Source: Octopus sinensis
Taxonomy: Eukaryota
Length of the DNA: 64,000 bases
Direction: 5' to 3'
Assembly: GCF_006345805.1 (NCBI RefSeq)
Contig: NC_043001.1
Span: forward strand, 114,824,001 to 114,888,000
The first letter of the stretch is position 1, and every line of letters begins with the position of its first letter. Below the pieces are notes generated by a model. The model saw only the letters and a list, made by a program, of their open reading frames with translations. It had not been told where the DNA came from and ran no database searches. Both the position numbers and the translations under genes were made by a program. Shown piece by piece: positions 13,161-27,452 of this stretch.

Positions 13161-13893
13161 CATGTTTATATACGTATACAGAAATACACAGGTGCAGAAG
13201 ATAATAAACAAAGAAAATAAAATAACTGGGTAACGAAAATTATATTTCTAAATATGACAATCGGAAAGCAAACTAGAAACTTTTACAGAAGGTAAAGAAT
13301 TGTACGGGTGGAAGCGATGTTTGTCGCTTAGTGAAAGAAAGAGCCAGTATCGAAGGAAGCAGAAAAAAGCCGTTAACAATAGAAAAACACAAAACCGTTG
13401 CAAAAGTAAATAAGACATTTTTAAGGAAACTAAGTGTACGGATTTAAGTAAAATTTTTGAAGTTACTTCTGTCAGTAAATAATTCACTTATATTAATCAG
13501 TAATTTCGTCAACGACAAAAGAAAACACCAACGTTGCTAATGTAAATAAGAAATTTGTAGGCAAATTTAACGAAGTGTACGGATTGAACAGACATTGATG
13601 AAGTTACTTCTGTTAGTAAATTGCTTTCATCAGTAATTGTGAACTTCTTTCCGTCAAAATTTGTCGTTCCTCTTTGTAAATAGCGATTGAAAACTTACAG
13701 TGAAAACGATAGCAATTGAACTTAAAGTGAAAACAATAGCATCTGAAATCTGAAAGTTAAACCAATAGAGAGTGAGTGAGATAGAATAAGAGGTTGTGGG
13801 AGAGATCTAGCTATTTAGACAAATACGATAAATATAGATAGAAAGATAGAGAGATAGATAGACAGACAGTGAGACAGACAGACAGACAGACAA

Positions 13894-14008
<115 letters not shown>

Positions 14009-14439
14009 AAGAGATAGATACAAGCAGAGATATAGATAGAGAAATAGAGATACGCATGAAAGCAAATATATTAGATGAGATTGTGATCATTTTTTGACCA
14101 ATGGATGTAAGGGAGACAATTAATTTCTGGAAGTTACTTCGCAAAGAGTTACCTCCCTTGTCCACATAACCGAGGAATAGGTATTTCTGCTACCAGGGGG
14201 CCCTTATTCATTATGTAAAAAATGTTAAGACTCTAGAACCATATCTGGAACATAAGTAATATATGTTCCCAGTTTGAAGAATATCAGTTGAAAAACACGG
14301 CCATATTTTCATTTATACACACACACACATGCACACACGCACGCACACACACACACGTACACACACACACACACAACGGGATTTGTCTTATAGAGATAAT
14401 AGTATGAAATTTGTAGTATGGAATTTCATGGTTTTCCTA

Positions 14440-15200
14440 TCAACTAGTTATCCAAATTCTGTAAAAAAAATTGTAGTCTGTGAGGGGCAAGATCAGGTGA
14501 GTATAGTGGATGATGGAGAACTACCAACTCCAACTCCTGTTGTTTCGCCACTACCATTTTGTGATGTGTGGTCTGGCGTTGTCTTACAATAAAATAGGAG
14601 TGAGTCTGTTGACTGATCTAGGCTGTTTTTGTAAGTTTCTGCGCCTCATTTGATCCAGTTGGCCGCAGTATACTTCGGCCATGATTGAAAATTCAGGCTT
14701 AATAAAATCATGATGGATCACACCTGCGCCACATCACCAAACACACACCATCGTCTTCTTTTGATGAATTTTGCTTTTTGTCCTGTGTTTTGGTGGTTCG
14801 TCTTTCTCCAACCACAGTGCTGAACGTTTGCGGTTGTTGTATCGGTTCCATTTCTCCTCACATTTTACAATTCTATTCAGAAATGATTCATTTTTGTGAC
14901 GAGAAGGTAGTATAATGCAGGCTTCCATACGTTTCTGTTTCTGATTTTCATTTCTGATTTCCTGATTTTCATTGTGGAACCCACTTATCCAACATTTTCA
15001 CTTTACCGATTTGAAGTAGGTAAGTCAATATCGTTTGCTTCCTCACACAAAACAAAAACGATGATTCAAGGGTACTTTGAGATGGATCTGACTTGACGGT
15101 GGCTTTAAGTTCATCATAATCCATCTTTGCTTCCGGTGGACTGCATTGGTCATTTGTGAGGGCAAAGTTACCAGCACGAAATTTTGCAAACCAATTTGCA
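14440..15200 (-). pseudogene. Decayed mariner transposase
   Basis: Motifs WFAKFRAGNF, KWVP, FLNRIVKCEEKW (compare IVTGDEKW), KKTMVCVW, *DNARPH and YSPDLAP occur in the expected order, with stops and frameshifts. Confidence 0.9.
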
Positions 15201-15498
15201 AAATAATAAATAAAATGTATACATTCGGTTATTCTACCAAATATATACGTTTCATTTATTATTTTGCACATTACTTAATCATCGGTATATTATTGTTATT
15301 TTATATTTAATATTTCTATTATATGTAATTTTCTAGATGGTGTAATTTAATTGTTCATTTTGAATTGATAAAAGGTGTTTTTTCTAATTTATATATATAT
15401 ATATTATATTTTGTGAAATTTGATTTAGTATTTCTAAATTGAATTTTTCCCTCTAAGTTAGAAATTATATTCCCTCAAATTATTATTAATATTTTATT

Positions 15499-15567
<69 letters not shown>

Positions 15568-15601
15568 CATCTATGAATATATATATGCTTATGCATATCT
15601 T

Positions 15602-15655
<54 letters not shown>

Positions 15656-15681
15656 TGGAGTTGAACGACGAATTAACAAAA

Positions 15682-15780
15682 TTCCTTTATTTTCGACATA
15701 CGTTTCGAAGGCTGCATATTCCTAATTGCGAAGGAATAAGGAGTACATTATGTCGCTTTCTCATCAGGAAAAGCAAGGAA
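15682..15780 (-). ncRNA. Type I hammerhead ribozyme, family A
   Basis: Minus strand reads UUCCUUGCUUUUC-CUGAUGA-GAAAGC...GCCUUC-GAAA-C-GUAU-GUC-GAAAAUAAAGGAA. Confidence 0.78.
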
Positions 15781-16554
15781 CTTATGTCAACTTATGTATA
15801 TATACATACAACTCAAATCGCATAATGTTTTCAATAATATCCGGTTTATTATATTAAACATATAACAAATAACTAAATAGGATAGGGATACATTCATTTT
15901 GATAAAGTCATAAGACTGACAAAAACATTATCCGCGCACAGAATAAATGGCTTCCACTATGTATTGTGTGTGTTCATTTGTGTGCGAGTGCATGTGTCAG
16001 TGCGTGTGTGTGTGTGTGTACGTACGTCTGTCCTTGTGTTTATATGTATGTATGTGCGAAAAATATTCCTACCTGTATATTAAGTAAACTTTTACTCTGT
16101 TCATGTACATCTGTTAATATTTTGGTACATTATAAATCAAGCTAGGAAGAACTTCAGACAAACCACATCATAAATGAAATTTATCGGTTCTATCCTAACA
16201 GTATAGGGAAATTTAACATAAGCATATATATTCATTTATACACTAAGATAGCATAAGTGAGAATATATCAGAAATGGTTATTGCAAGATCCAAACAATAT
16301 GTCTGCAGTTGATTTGTCATTTTGTTAAATTTGCGCAGCAATATTTTCACTCTATCATATGGTTAATATTTCTATTTTATGCTCTGTTGCATGTTTATAT
16401 ATACATCAATAAATGGAAACATACTGTCATTAGAAGAGGCTTTTAAAATATCTGAAAGAACAACTTCTACACACAAATAACTTTCCAAATAACAATGTAG
16501 TAGTTGTTGTATAATATGATGAGTTGCATCCGAAATAGATAGATAGATAAACAG

Positions 16555-16585
16555 ATATAATAATAATAGTAATAACAATATTAAC

Positions 16586-16627
<42 letters not shown>

Positions 16628-16646
16628 AATAATAATGGTAATAATA

Positions 16647-16682
<36 letters not shown>

Positions 16683-16763
16683 GTAGTAGTAGTAGTAGTA
16701 GTAATGATAATAATAATAATAATAATAATAATAATAGTAGTAGTAGTAGTAGTAGTAGTAATG

Positions 16764-16817
<54 letters not shown>
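16555..16817. repeat. Compound (TAA)n/(TAG)n microsatellite
   Basis: Direct reading of the sequence. Confidence 0.95.
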
Positions 16818-17121
16818 GCAAAAGGGACTGATAGCTACCTAGCTCAAATACCAGGAAACCCCAAAATGGCAGAAATTCAAAAGATAGTGCTCATGGGAAC
16901 AGCTCATATCCTACGCAAAATACTTTCTATGTAATCTCAAGGTTTAAAACAAACATAATTTTCGGTTTTTAAAAAATTTTTTTTAGACATTCATTAGTAC
17001 AACACCAACTATATGGCACACTAGGCATAACAACAACATGAACTTCCAACCTGTTGTCTCTTGAGGTCTCTGGGTGAGACTTGGAGCCAACTTGTACAAA
17101 TATAAGCAAAAGTCAAACATA

Positions 17122-17122
<1 letters not shown>
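16818..17122 (+). mobile_element. 5'-truncated R4/Dong-clade LINE (end of RLE domain plus 3' UTR) embedded in (TAA)n
   Basis: EIQKIVLMGTAHILRKILSM* matches the R4-clade C-terminal motif IQKxVLLGTAHILRKVL. (TAA)n lies on both sides. Confidence 0.82.
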
Positions 17123-17211
<89 letters not shown>

Positions 17212-18570
17212 GACACCGGGGACGTTTAACATGTGAGAACGATAAAACAACGCTCCGAAATCTATCCACAAACATCGAAAACAAAGACATCGCATGAAGC
17301 TAAAAATTACTGACAAAGGATTGGACTATATCCGAGTAAGTAATACTCATTGAAATTTATTACTATTTTCGAAACGAAATGATGTATGTTAACTCGATAT
17401 CATCTCCACCTCTAACACAACACATGTAAACATGCGTGGACCATTACGATCCATCAACACCAGATCATCCCCGACCCCAAACACCATGTACAAAATAACT
17501 ACGAAGAAATTAAATAACACCGATATTATTCAACCCAAGAATAACAATCGGGAACGGCGTACTGCAAACTTACAACATAAAATGTACGAGAAACAACACG
17601 TGCAAAACAATGTGACAACAAAAATAAACGGACCGGTACCCTACGAAAATGACGACCGTCAAAATAATGGGTCGGACGTTGTTCCTCATGTCCTGCAAAT
17701 AAAGCCCAAAAGACATAAATAGACACGTGTGAAATACATTTCTATCTTACACGCTCACTTTACAGCAGTGCCCTACCCAAAGAATGAAAATACAACAACA
17801 CATACATATAAAATATGGAAGGAAAATAACATAAATATAGACTTGGATACAGCAATGAACCCTAATAAACTAGCTAACGTACGAAGATATATTCTCAACG
17901 CAAAAGAAATATCAGAAATAGAAATAGAACATCTAAAGGAAAAAATACATCAGGAAAATTTTGATAGAAGCCACACAACAATGCCCAATAATATAAACAC
18001 TGAAGCAGTAAAACACGAAGACAAACGTTACATTCCCAACAAACACGATGTAAACAACGAAGGGGAGCCTAATGATTATGATAATATAAAAAGTAAAATA
18101 ATCAAAGAACTGAAAACCACAGAGCTCAAAATGGACCTCCCAAAAATCAAAATAGACGAAACAACAACACCAATTATAAACAGCATAAACCTAGCCGTCA
18201 CGGAACTAATAACCACTGAAACAAAAGGCGATATCACTGAGCTAAATGACTTAGTATACGCAGCAGCCACTGTAGCCACAAAATAAGCTGGATACTCACT
18301 CAAACCCGTCCAAACAGGAGTACCACCACCCAAACAAACCCTGTGGATAAATAACATCCAAAACAAAATACAAAAAATTAGAAAAGATCTGTCGATTCTT
18401 AATGAAATCAGTAGAAAATCAACGCTACTGAGCAACAAAAAGAAAACAAAAATACAACATCACAGAAAAAGATTTACCTGAGATAAAAGAAAAGCTAAAG
18501 CAAGATATCCTTGCCAAAGCACAAAGGATCCGCCGGTACGAGAAACGCCAGCGCTTCAAGGAATGCAATA
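17212..18570 (+). mobile_element. 5' part of an R4/Dong-clade LINE (N-terminal ORF region, frameshifted, 3'-deleted)
   Basis: TYKIWKENN...MNPNKLANVRRYIL...SEIEIEHLKEKI and KLKQDILAKAQRIRRYEKRQRFK resemble R4/Dong N-terminal and pre-RT motifs. Starts immediately after (TAA)n. Confidence 0.72.
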
Positions 18571-19104
18571 AATTTCCTTCAGACTAAATTTCCTTCAGAC
18601 TAAATTTCCTTGTTCGATGACTTTCCTAATTCTAGCATTTTCATGACCTACACAATCTACGCCCTCCTCCCATTACGTGCGCAAAGTTATGCGTATTACA
18701 TGTTTCTCTTGTTCCACAAATCTGTTTTCTCCATGTGTGCATAATGTATGTATATGTGTATATGCGTGTATGTGTATGTGGTGCGTCTGTGTGTCTGTGG
18801 GGGGGGGGGTGCAAGTAAGCATATACGTATGTATGATTGTATATATGTCTCCGTGAGTGCGCATACATCCACACATTTATCTACGGGCACGTATTTATAT
18901 ATGTTAACACACACACACGTACACACGCACATACACACACACACACATATATATATTCTCTAATTCTTTTATTCTTTTATACGATTGCACCCTAAGGCTG
19001 TGACTATGCTCGAGAAACTTTTCAAAGTGTAATCATATTTTCAAAGACTATTCTAATGCGTTTGACTATTTTAATGCGATTGCAATCCTCTACTGAGTTT
19101 CTTG

Positions 19105-19640
19105 TCGTTATACATCTAAGACCTTGGACAGCAGGAGGTCGAGTTGCTTCTTGAAATCACCTATCTTTACTCCATGAATATCCTTCAGATATTTTGTCAA
19201 AGCATTTAAAAGCTGTGGGCTCTTAAATCCCAAGCTATTATAGTATATGACCCTCACACTAGTCAGGAAAGCTCTGGATAGCTGGAACCATTGGAACAGT
19301 GCAGTGACGTCCATTTCGTGAGCTGGAATAGCTCTCGATACCAAAGTTTGATGCCAGCCCTTTCAGGATCTTCCATACGTACATCACTGCATATCTCCCC
19401 TGTCTTTGCTTAAGGGAGTAGAGTCGTATCTTTTTCAGCTTCACCCAGCAGGACAGTTGTTCAATTGATGTAATATCCTTGGCGTAGAACCACGGAACTG
19501 CTGCTTCAAGTTCCGCTAATAATGTAAGGTTATCGCAACTGAAAGCAGTAGACCAGGTGCCTGATTACAAAGGCCCTCCATAGAACCAGCATAGTTTCCT
19601 CGTCCCTTGTTCTGAAGGTTGTCAGAATCCATCTGGCCAT
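19105..19640 (-). pseudogene. CR1/L2-group LINE RT C-terminal fragment
   Basis: WILTTFRTRDEETMLVLWRAFV...LVYCFQL, LKKIRLYSLKQRQGRYAVMYVWKIL and FKKQLDLLLSKVLD. Confidence 0.82.
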
Positions 19641-19957
19641 TACGCACGCACGCACACACACACACATACACACACAAACACACACACACACGCATACGCA
19701 CACACACATACACATACACACATGCATATATATATACACACACATGTATTTACTATGTATTCGTATATATTTAGCATAGTGATGGCGATACTAATAACCT
19801 CGTGCAGCACACATACACACACATACATAGACGTTCATCCGTACGTACATACGCACATACATACATACACACATACATACATACATACATACGTACGTAC
19901 ATACATACATACATACATAAATACATACATACATACATACATACATACGTACGTACA

Positions 19958-19989
<32 letters not shown>

Positions 19990-21408
19990 CATACATACAT
20001 ACATACATAAATACATACATACATATTAACCGAACAGGTTTAGACAGAACTTAGAATAATATAACTGAATCAGCTGGTATCTCCCTTTAATGTCTAACGT
20101 CGTTATTTCGTTTGATGAGCATTAAATCCACACAATGAGAATAAATTATTACTTAGACATTTACAAATCTTTCTAAGTGAATTCATAACCAGTGCTTCGT
20201 GCTGTGTTGTCCAGTTAACAGGAAATTCTATTTGATTCAATATGACTCATGTAATTCCTAAATATCTCACACATCTGTTAAAAGTAATAAACAGTACAAG
20301 TTTTTAAGAGCTTGCTTTACTGCAGTAGATGACATACACTGACACTCAACTGTAGGAGACACTGATTCCTTTGTATAGTCAGCTAGTAGAGAGGGATTCT
20401 ACGTAGTATCTCTAAATGTACAACATATCAGTAAAGTATAACTCATATCCGAAACCCGCCGCCTTAAAGAATGAAGATCATAAGGATTAATGTTGTCGTA
20501 GTTAGTCAATTGGAAAGAACTAGGGAAAGAGATTAGGTCAAGCAAGAAAGGCGGACAGAGTACAGGTGACGAGAGGAGATGAATGAATCAGCATTTTTTT
20601 TTTTTTTTTTTGTAGAGGTGGAAGGTTGCTTCTAGTTCGGAGGAGAAGCCACTGAAGTTGAGGTAGAAATGTGATGGATATATGCGTTTTTTTCAACTAA
20701 AATACCCTCCCGCTTCGTATGACAAGGGAGTGAAATGCAAGAGATTCTTCTGAATGTTTTAACAGCAATCATCTACATTGAGGAGTTCTCCATAACTTGA
20801 CCTAAATATCATTGTTTGTACATCAGGTCACCGTTACAGAATTGGACAGAATAGATTGTAATACTTGTCCAACTCTCTGCGCTCTAAGTTCTAATTCTAC
20901 ATAAGACCAGACAGTCTTTCATCCTTTCGCGATCGATAAAAATCACAAATCCAAGGCGATGGTTAGGCGAAACTGTCAGAGCTTCGTGTTAGATACATTC
21001 CAGTTTTTTTTCCCAGGTCTTTGTGTTTTTGATAACAATGCCTACGACATTACTTGTGCCAAGCTCTATCAGCACCAAATCGGAGTCTTACCTTTGGATA
21101 TATATCAGCGACATGGACAGCGGTGACTTGCATGCATAAGAAACTACCACTCTTATTTGAAATATCTATTCAAGGCCTGTGCAAACATGCGTGGATGCAG
21201 GGTCACCCTTCATCGATACTTATACTATATTAAGGACACTTTATATTATATGAAATTGTGTGACGGTAAAGTCAGATTTGCGATAGATTTATCCTACTTT
21301 TCTAGTAGAGCGAACATCCAAGCGGAGGAGTTCTCTTTCTCTCACCCCATCTCTCTCTCTTTCCCTCTCTCTCTCTCTCTTTCCCTTTCTCTCTCTCTCT
21401 CTCTTTCC

Positions 21409-21440
<32 letters not shown>

Positions 21441-21446
21441 TTCCCT

Positions 21447-21482
<36 letters not shown>

Positions 21483-21830
21483 CGTTAGAATGAGAAATGA
21501 ATTGTATGTTTATTTCTTTATTAGAGGATATCAGTTATATACGACAGAAAATATATATCAATTGAATTGCATATAAGCTCAATACATTCCAGTATAAAAG
21601 AAGTTTCAATTTGTATAATTTATAACTTTTTCTTTTTGCGTTATTCTGTGTGTGTGTGTGTGGGGGGGGGGGGGTTTCACTGAAATAATATTCCGATGGG
21701 AAAGCAAATTGCTATAACGGAAACGGCCGAGACAGCAACCTGAAGGGTAATTGGTCCCTAAATAATTCAAATCTCAAAATACTTCGAATTTGTGGCCCAA
21801 CATGTCCGCATTACATCATCATCATCATCA

Positions 21831-21897
<67 letters not shown>

Positions 21898-21920
21898 ATA
21901 TAATGTGTGTGTGTGTGTGT

Positions 21921-22205
21921 GGAGGCGCAATGGCCCAGTGGTTAGGGCAGTGGACTCGCGGTCGGAGAATCGCGGTGTGAGTTTATTGAGCGCTAACACC
22001 TAAGAGCCCCACGAGCCCCCAGCAGTGGGTGGTGGCAACCCCTTTGTACTCTTTCGCCCCAACTTTCTCTCATTCTTTCTTCCTGTTTCTTGATTAACGC
22101 TGCGATGGACTAGCGTCCCGTCCAGCTGGGGGGGGGACACATACACCACAAAAACCGGGAAACCGGGCCCATGAGCCTGGCTAGGCTTGAAAATGGCGCA
22201 TAATA
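21921..22205 (+). mobile_element. tRNA-derived SINE (head ggaggcgcaatggcccagtggttaggg), 3' tail type 2
   Basis: Box-A-like tggcccagtgg. The tail gcgatggactagcgtcccgtccag...ggcgcataataac differs from the other two copies. Confidence 0.82.
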
Positions 22206-22347
22206 ACAAACAAATAAATAAAATAATAATACATATATATATATATATATATATATATGAGCGCTATACTAATACATTGTTTGTTTGTACTCCACCTGCC
22301 TTCGTCTTTTGTTTATTTTCGTAACTTTCCCGTTATATATTATATAT

Positions 22348-22384
<37 letters not shown>

Positions 22385-22389
<5 letters not shown>

Positions 22390-23043
22390 CAGTGTACATT
22401 TAAACACATAAGGAATCCCCTCATGGGGTTCAACATGCTAGAAAGAACAGCTAGGTTCTATAACCACAAAATTAGGGATAAAATCCGATAGGAATGAAAT
22501 GAAAAAATAAAAACATTTTACCATCTAATTTCCTGGGCCAATTGTCTTCTGATTTTAGTTTAGCAAGTAAATAACTTTTACTCGCGAGGTGAAATCGTTT
22601 TCAACAGGGACTCCTTAGATTAAATATATAAACACGAGCCGATCAACTATGTGCCTCTTGTTTATGCATCCTAATTGTTTTCAAAATTTACTGCGCAGGC
22701 GAAATCCTTCACCGGCAATAAAAAAATCCCAACTTTTAAAAACCGAAAATTATCCGAAAACTAATATTTAATCATATCAAAGGGAAATTTTCATTTCCAG
22801 TGGCCTAGCGTGTAAAAATGTCTTTATGCTTTCATTTCGTTCCTGTCGAATTTTATCCCTAATTTTGTGGTTATTGAACCTAGCTGTTCTTTCTAGCGTG
22901 TTGAATACCATGAGTGGACATCCTTATGTTTTTAAATGTACACTGTATTTTATGACTAATACATAGTCTTTGGACTAAATTTTTACACGCTAGGCCACTG
23001 GAAGGGAAAATTTCTATAAATTTCCATTTCTCTTTGATATGAT

Positions 23044-23045
<2 letters not shown>
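22385..23045. repeat. Nested inverted-repeat (foldback) structure between (TA)n tracts
   Basis: 22385-22515 is inverted relative to 22825-22955, and 22765-22822 is inverted relative to 22975-23045. A related fragment lies at about 25-95. Confidence 0.75.
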
Positions 23046-23084
<39 letters not shown>

Positions 23085-24214
23085 TCTTAGATATATGTAT
23101 ATGTGTGTGTATGTGTGCATACATATATTCTCATTCGCATTGAAGCTATGTATCCCTACTAAAGAATGGTGCTCAAATATTCACTAATGCTTCGGCATGT
23201 CTCGACTGAACCAACAAAGAAAAGACTTTGGTTTGTTAAAGTCCGGCAAAATTTCTTCAAGAAAAATTTAAACAATACTAAGGAAAACATTAAATAACAG
23301 AGGATAGCTTCAAAATGAATGTTGGACAAATTATACAAAGTAAGTCCCTGAAAATACCGCATTTCTATGAAATAATTAATAAATGTGTGATCAGTTTCGT
23401 GCCGGAAATGTCATGGGTGTTCAATATTCCAATGTAGCACGCTTTTGTTGATAAAGCAATGTACAATGTACAATGCCATCTGCAAGAAAGACTGCCCTGG
23501 GACAAATATAGAAAATATTTGAACACAAATGAATAATTGTTGAACGTTCGTATCAAAACATCCGACGGATACAATTGTAACGTGGTATAGATGCATGGGA
23601 CAGAAAAGAGAAAAATATCAGTTGTCCTGCAGATATAAGCATTTCTTTCAAATCACTGAGAAATTCAAATACATTTACAATTTCACTCATAAGTATGTGT
23701 TTGTTTATATTACTAAATATTTAAACTGTAAACTCGAAAATCTAGGCTATTCAAACAAAGGAGTGCCCAGCTAGCATATACATTCATTACAATCTGACAA
23801 CTGAATTGTATAAGCAAAATAGATAGACATTTCACCGTGTTTTGTTTTCTCAGTTACAGAGATGGGCTACTGTCTCTTTGTGGTAAAGAAATTACCTTTC
23901 ATTGGCAGAAATCGAATACTTATTAAAGAATAAACACACACGCACACAAACACACACATACACACACAGACACACAAACACACACACACATAAAGTATGG
24001 GTACGTATCTGTGATCGGAACAAAAAGAGAGACCCGTTTTCCTATTCATAATTTTGTCTTTAGACATCGACCCAAATAATTATTAATATGAATGTGGAAT
24101 CTCTTCGGGTGTGATAAGGACTTTTGCTGGTGTAGTACTGGTGCAAAATTCCGCAATTTTGCGGGGCTATGAATGGCGTCACTAAATCGGAGTACGATAT
24201 ATATATATATATAT

Positions 24215-24613
<399 letters not shown>

Positions 24614-25694
24614 AGATATATATATATATATATATATATGTGCGTGTGTGGGTGTGTGTGCGTGTTGCCATATATGTATATATATTATATATATATATAT
24701 ATATATTCGTAAACAATTTGAGGTTAGTTAAATGTGTTTGTGACATATTTCGACTTCTAAAGGCAGATTCCCTGCAGTTACCGTAGAGACAGAAATCTGT
24801 CTTATGTTTAAACGGTGTGAAACTACCATATCGTGTCCACTGTTTCTCCTTATAGGATTCTCAGACGGCCGTTTTGGGTTCTACAGACTTTCTAAATGGA
24901 AAACACCGTAGAGAGATTGCCCTAGCTAGATTCAAGGCCGTATCTTTACATAAAACACAGTCAACATCAGTTACTGAGTTGCACTATTCGGCTGCCTGGT
25001 CGGAAAAAGTATTACAGCACCACTGCCAAGCAGTGATTAGGAAGGAACGAGCTTTGGTTAGTTAAAGTGTATTTGTGACATGTTTTAATTTCTAAAGGCA
25101 AATTCATAGCAGTTACTCTTAAGAAAGATGTTTCTCTTATGGTAAAAGTTGCAAAAGCACATATCTACGTATAGATACATATATGTGTGTCTGTGTATGT
25201 GTATGTATATATTTTATATACAAATATTAAAGGAGACAGCATAAGAGAGAAGACATGTGGGATGAGAGATTGTAATGTACAATATTCTTTATGGTTATCT
25301 GATTTCTTATTGATTTTGTAACTGATTTTATTTTTCCGATGAATTGATTTAAATCTTACCTGAATATATTGGGAGGTTTGTTGCTGAAAAATTATATACA
25401 TTCTGCCTATCAGCATGGTGTAAACAAACCCATATCACGATGAACATTTATATTGTATTCTATATTTATTTCGTAAGTTATGCCTCACATCGGTAAATCT
25501 TACGAAGTGAATGAACGAAAATCCCATTACATAAACCGCAAATATTGCATACGGTGCATAATGTATCTGATACAGAATAGATAATGTTCGTATACGGAAG
25601 CACCGAAACGTTTCATTAACATCGCTATAATTCACTTCTCTTCAATTATACACACACACACGCGCATATATATATATATATAAATGTATATCCA

Positions 25695-25744
<50 letters not shown>

Positions 25745-25772
25745 ATCATCTATCTATCTATTATCTATCTAT

Positions 25773-25814
<42 letters not shown>

Positions 25815-25821
25815 ATCTATC

Positions 25822-25853
<32 letters not shown>

Positions 25854-25874
25854 TATATATATATATATATATAA

Positions 25875-26130
25875 AACTTAGAACTTAGATAAAACTTAGA
25901 TATGTTTCACCCACAGATTGGTCCAGGCCATGTCTAACTTAATAGCACCACCTGATAGGATTATTTAAATCATGTTTAAGTCAAGTTTTGTTTATGGTCC
26001 ATTCAAGTAGTAAGTTTTTGTTAGGTGAGTTGTATCCAATTATGGGTGGCTTATCTGGTATTCCTTGAACGAATCTATCCAAACTCCGTTTAAAGTTGAT
26101 AGGATCCTTTTCCTCTTTGATCTCTTTCGG
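25875..26130 (-). mobile_element. 3' end of a CR1-like LINE
   Basis: FNIVPKEIKEEKDPINFKRSLDRFVQGIPDKPPIIGYNSPNKNLLLEW, followed by a 3' UTR and atctaagttt-type tail. Confidence 0.8.
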
Positions 26131-26333
26131 GACAATGTTAAATGTATATATATATATATGCGTGTGTATATATATATGTGTGTGTGTATACACACGTTAA
26201 TTAACTGCCTGTACCAAGATCTTTTCAGATCGCACATTTCTATTTACATGTGATTATATGCATGTGTGTGTGTGTATATATATTATATATATATATATAT
26301 ATTTAAAAAAGGAGATGTGGAACACGAGTTGTG

Positions 26334-26665
26334 ATATATAAAAAAGGAAATAAAGAAAATGCTGACAAAATAATTTAAGTAATTCAAGTAATTCAATTAG
26401 GTGAAAGTTATTTTACCGGTTGCGCATTTGTTATGCTTTATCAAAGATATTTTTTAAAGAGAGATATAGTTCCTTTCTGATAGATTTTTTCCTCTTATCT
26501 GATAAGAGGAAAAATCTATCAGAAAGGACTCTATCTCTCTTTAAAAAATATCTTTTGATAAGCATAACAAATGCGCAACCGTAAAAAGAACTTTCACCTA
26601 ATTAAATTACTTAAATTACTTAAATTATTTTGTCAACATTTTTCATTTCCTTTTATTTATATATA
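26334..26665. repeat. Near-perfect palindrome (arms about 165 bp, centre 26500) with a degenerate hammerhead-like motif in each arm
   Basis: Centre cttatc-t-gataag. Arms read UUGAUAA-(A)GCAU(AACAA)AUGC-GCAA-CCGG-UA at about 26408-26448 (-) and 26551-26588 (+; one G of CCGG missing). Confidence 0.85.
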
Positions 26666-26669
26666 TATA

Positions 26670-26759
<90 letters not shown>

Positions 26760-26802
26760 ATATAAGTAAATGAAAGAATGGAGTTGACGACTAGTTAACA
26801 AA

Positions 26803-26902
26803 TATCCATTATTCTCGACATATGTTTCGAAGGCTGCATATTCCTAATTCCGAAGGAATAAGGAGTACATTATGCAGATTTCTCATCAGGAAAATCAAGA
26901 AA
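26803..26902 (-). ncRNA. Type I hammerhead ribozyme, family A
   Basis: tcatcag at 26883-26889. The minus strand reads CUGAUGA-GAAA...CUUC-GAAACAUAUGUC-GAGAAUAAUGGAUA. Confidence 0.75.
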
Positions 26903-27452
26903 CTTATGTCGACATCAAAATGCACAAAAAACCTTTAGCTGACCGCTCTCAAGGAGTCCATGGTGATAATGAGTGTCTTGAATAGCCTAGATAGCGAAAG
27001 GGAGAAAGAATCGGGCGAGGTGAGAGGCAATGCAAGAATGGATACTATCTACTTTCCTTTCCCTACAGTAAACATAATAGAACACACAGATACAGACCTT
27101 TCAACTCACAGCTGTCAGTTTTCTGACCTCTACCCATCCACAAACACAATCACGCATTCAGACACACACAAACACACATTAAGACAGTTATATACAGTCA
27201 CACACACAGGCACTCATTCGCTAAAGAAATCATTTAAACCCACCATTCTTTTGACCTGCACTCTCTCACCTTACTATTCTTATGCCTCCCTCCTCTTACT
27301 TCGTTTGAACTCTTGAACCTTTAGAAACTTCTATATTCTTCTACATTCAGCCACTTTGACGTCACTCATTATAAAGAGACACTCATTATCGCCATGGGCT
27401 CCTTGAGAGCGGTCAGCTAAAAGTTTTTTGTGCATTTTGATGTCGACATAAG

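Noticed and set aside
20300-21160. Non-repetitive-looking stretches (also 23150-23900 and 61000-61700) examined for host exons
   Set aside because: No convincing ORF with splice signals or recognisable domain. Small exons cannot be excluded without RNA-seq.
21921-21990. tRNA-like sequences at SINE heads
   Set aside because: They continue into SINE bodies and lack a complete cloverleaf, so they are not tRNA genes.
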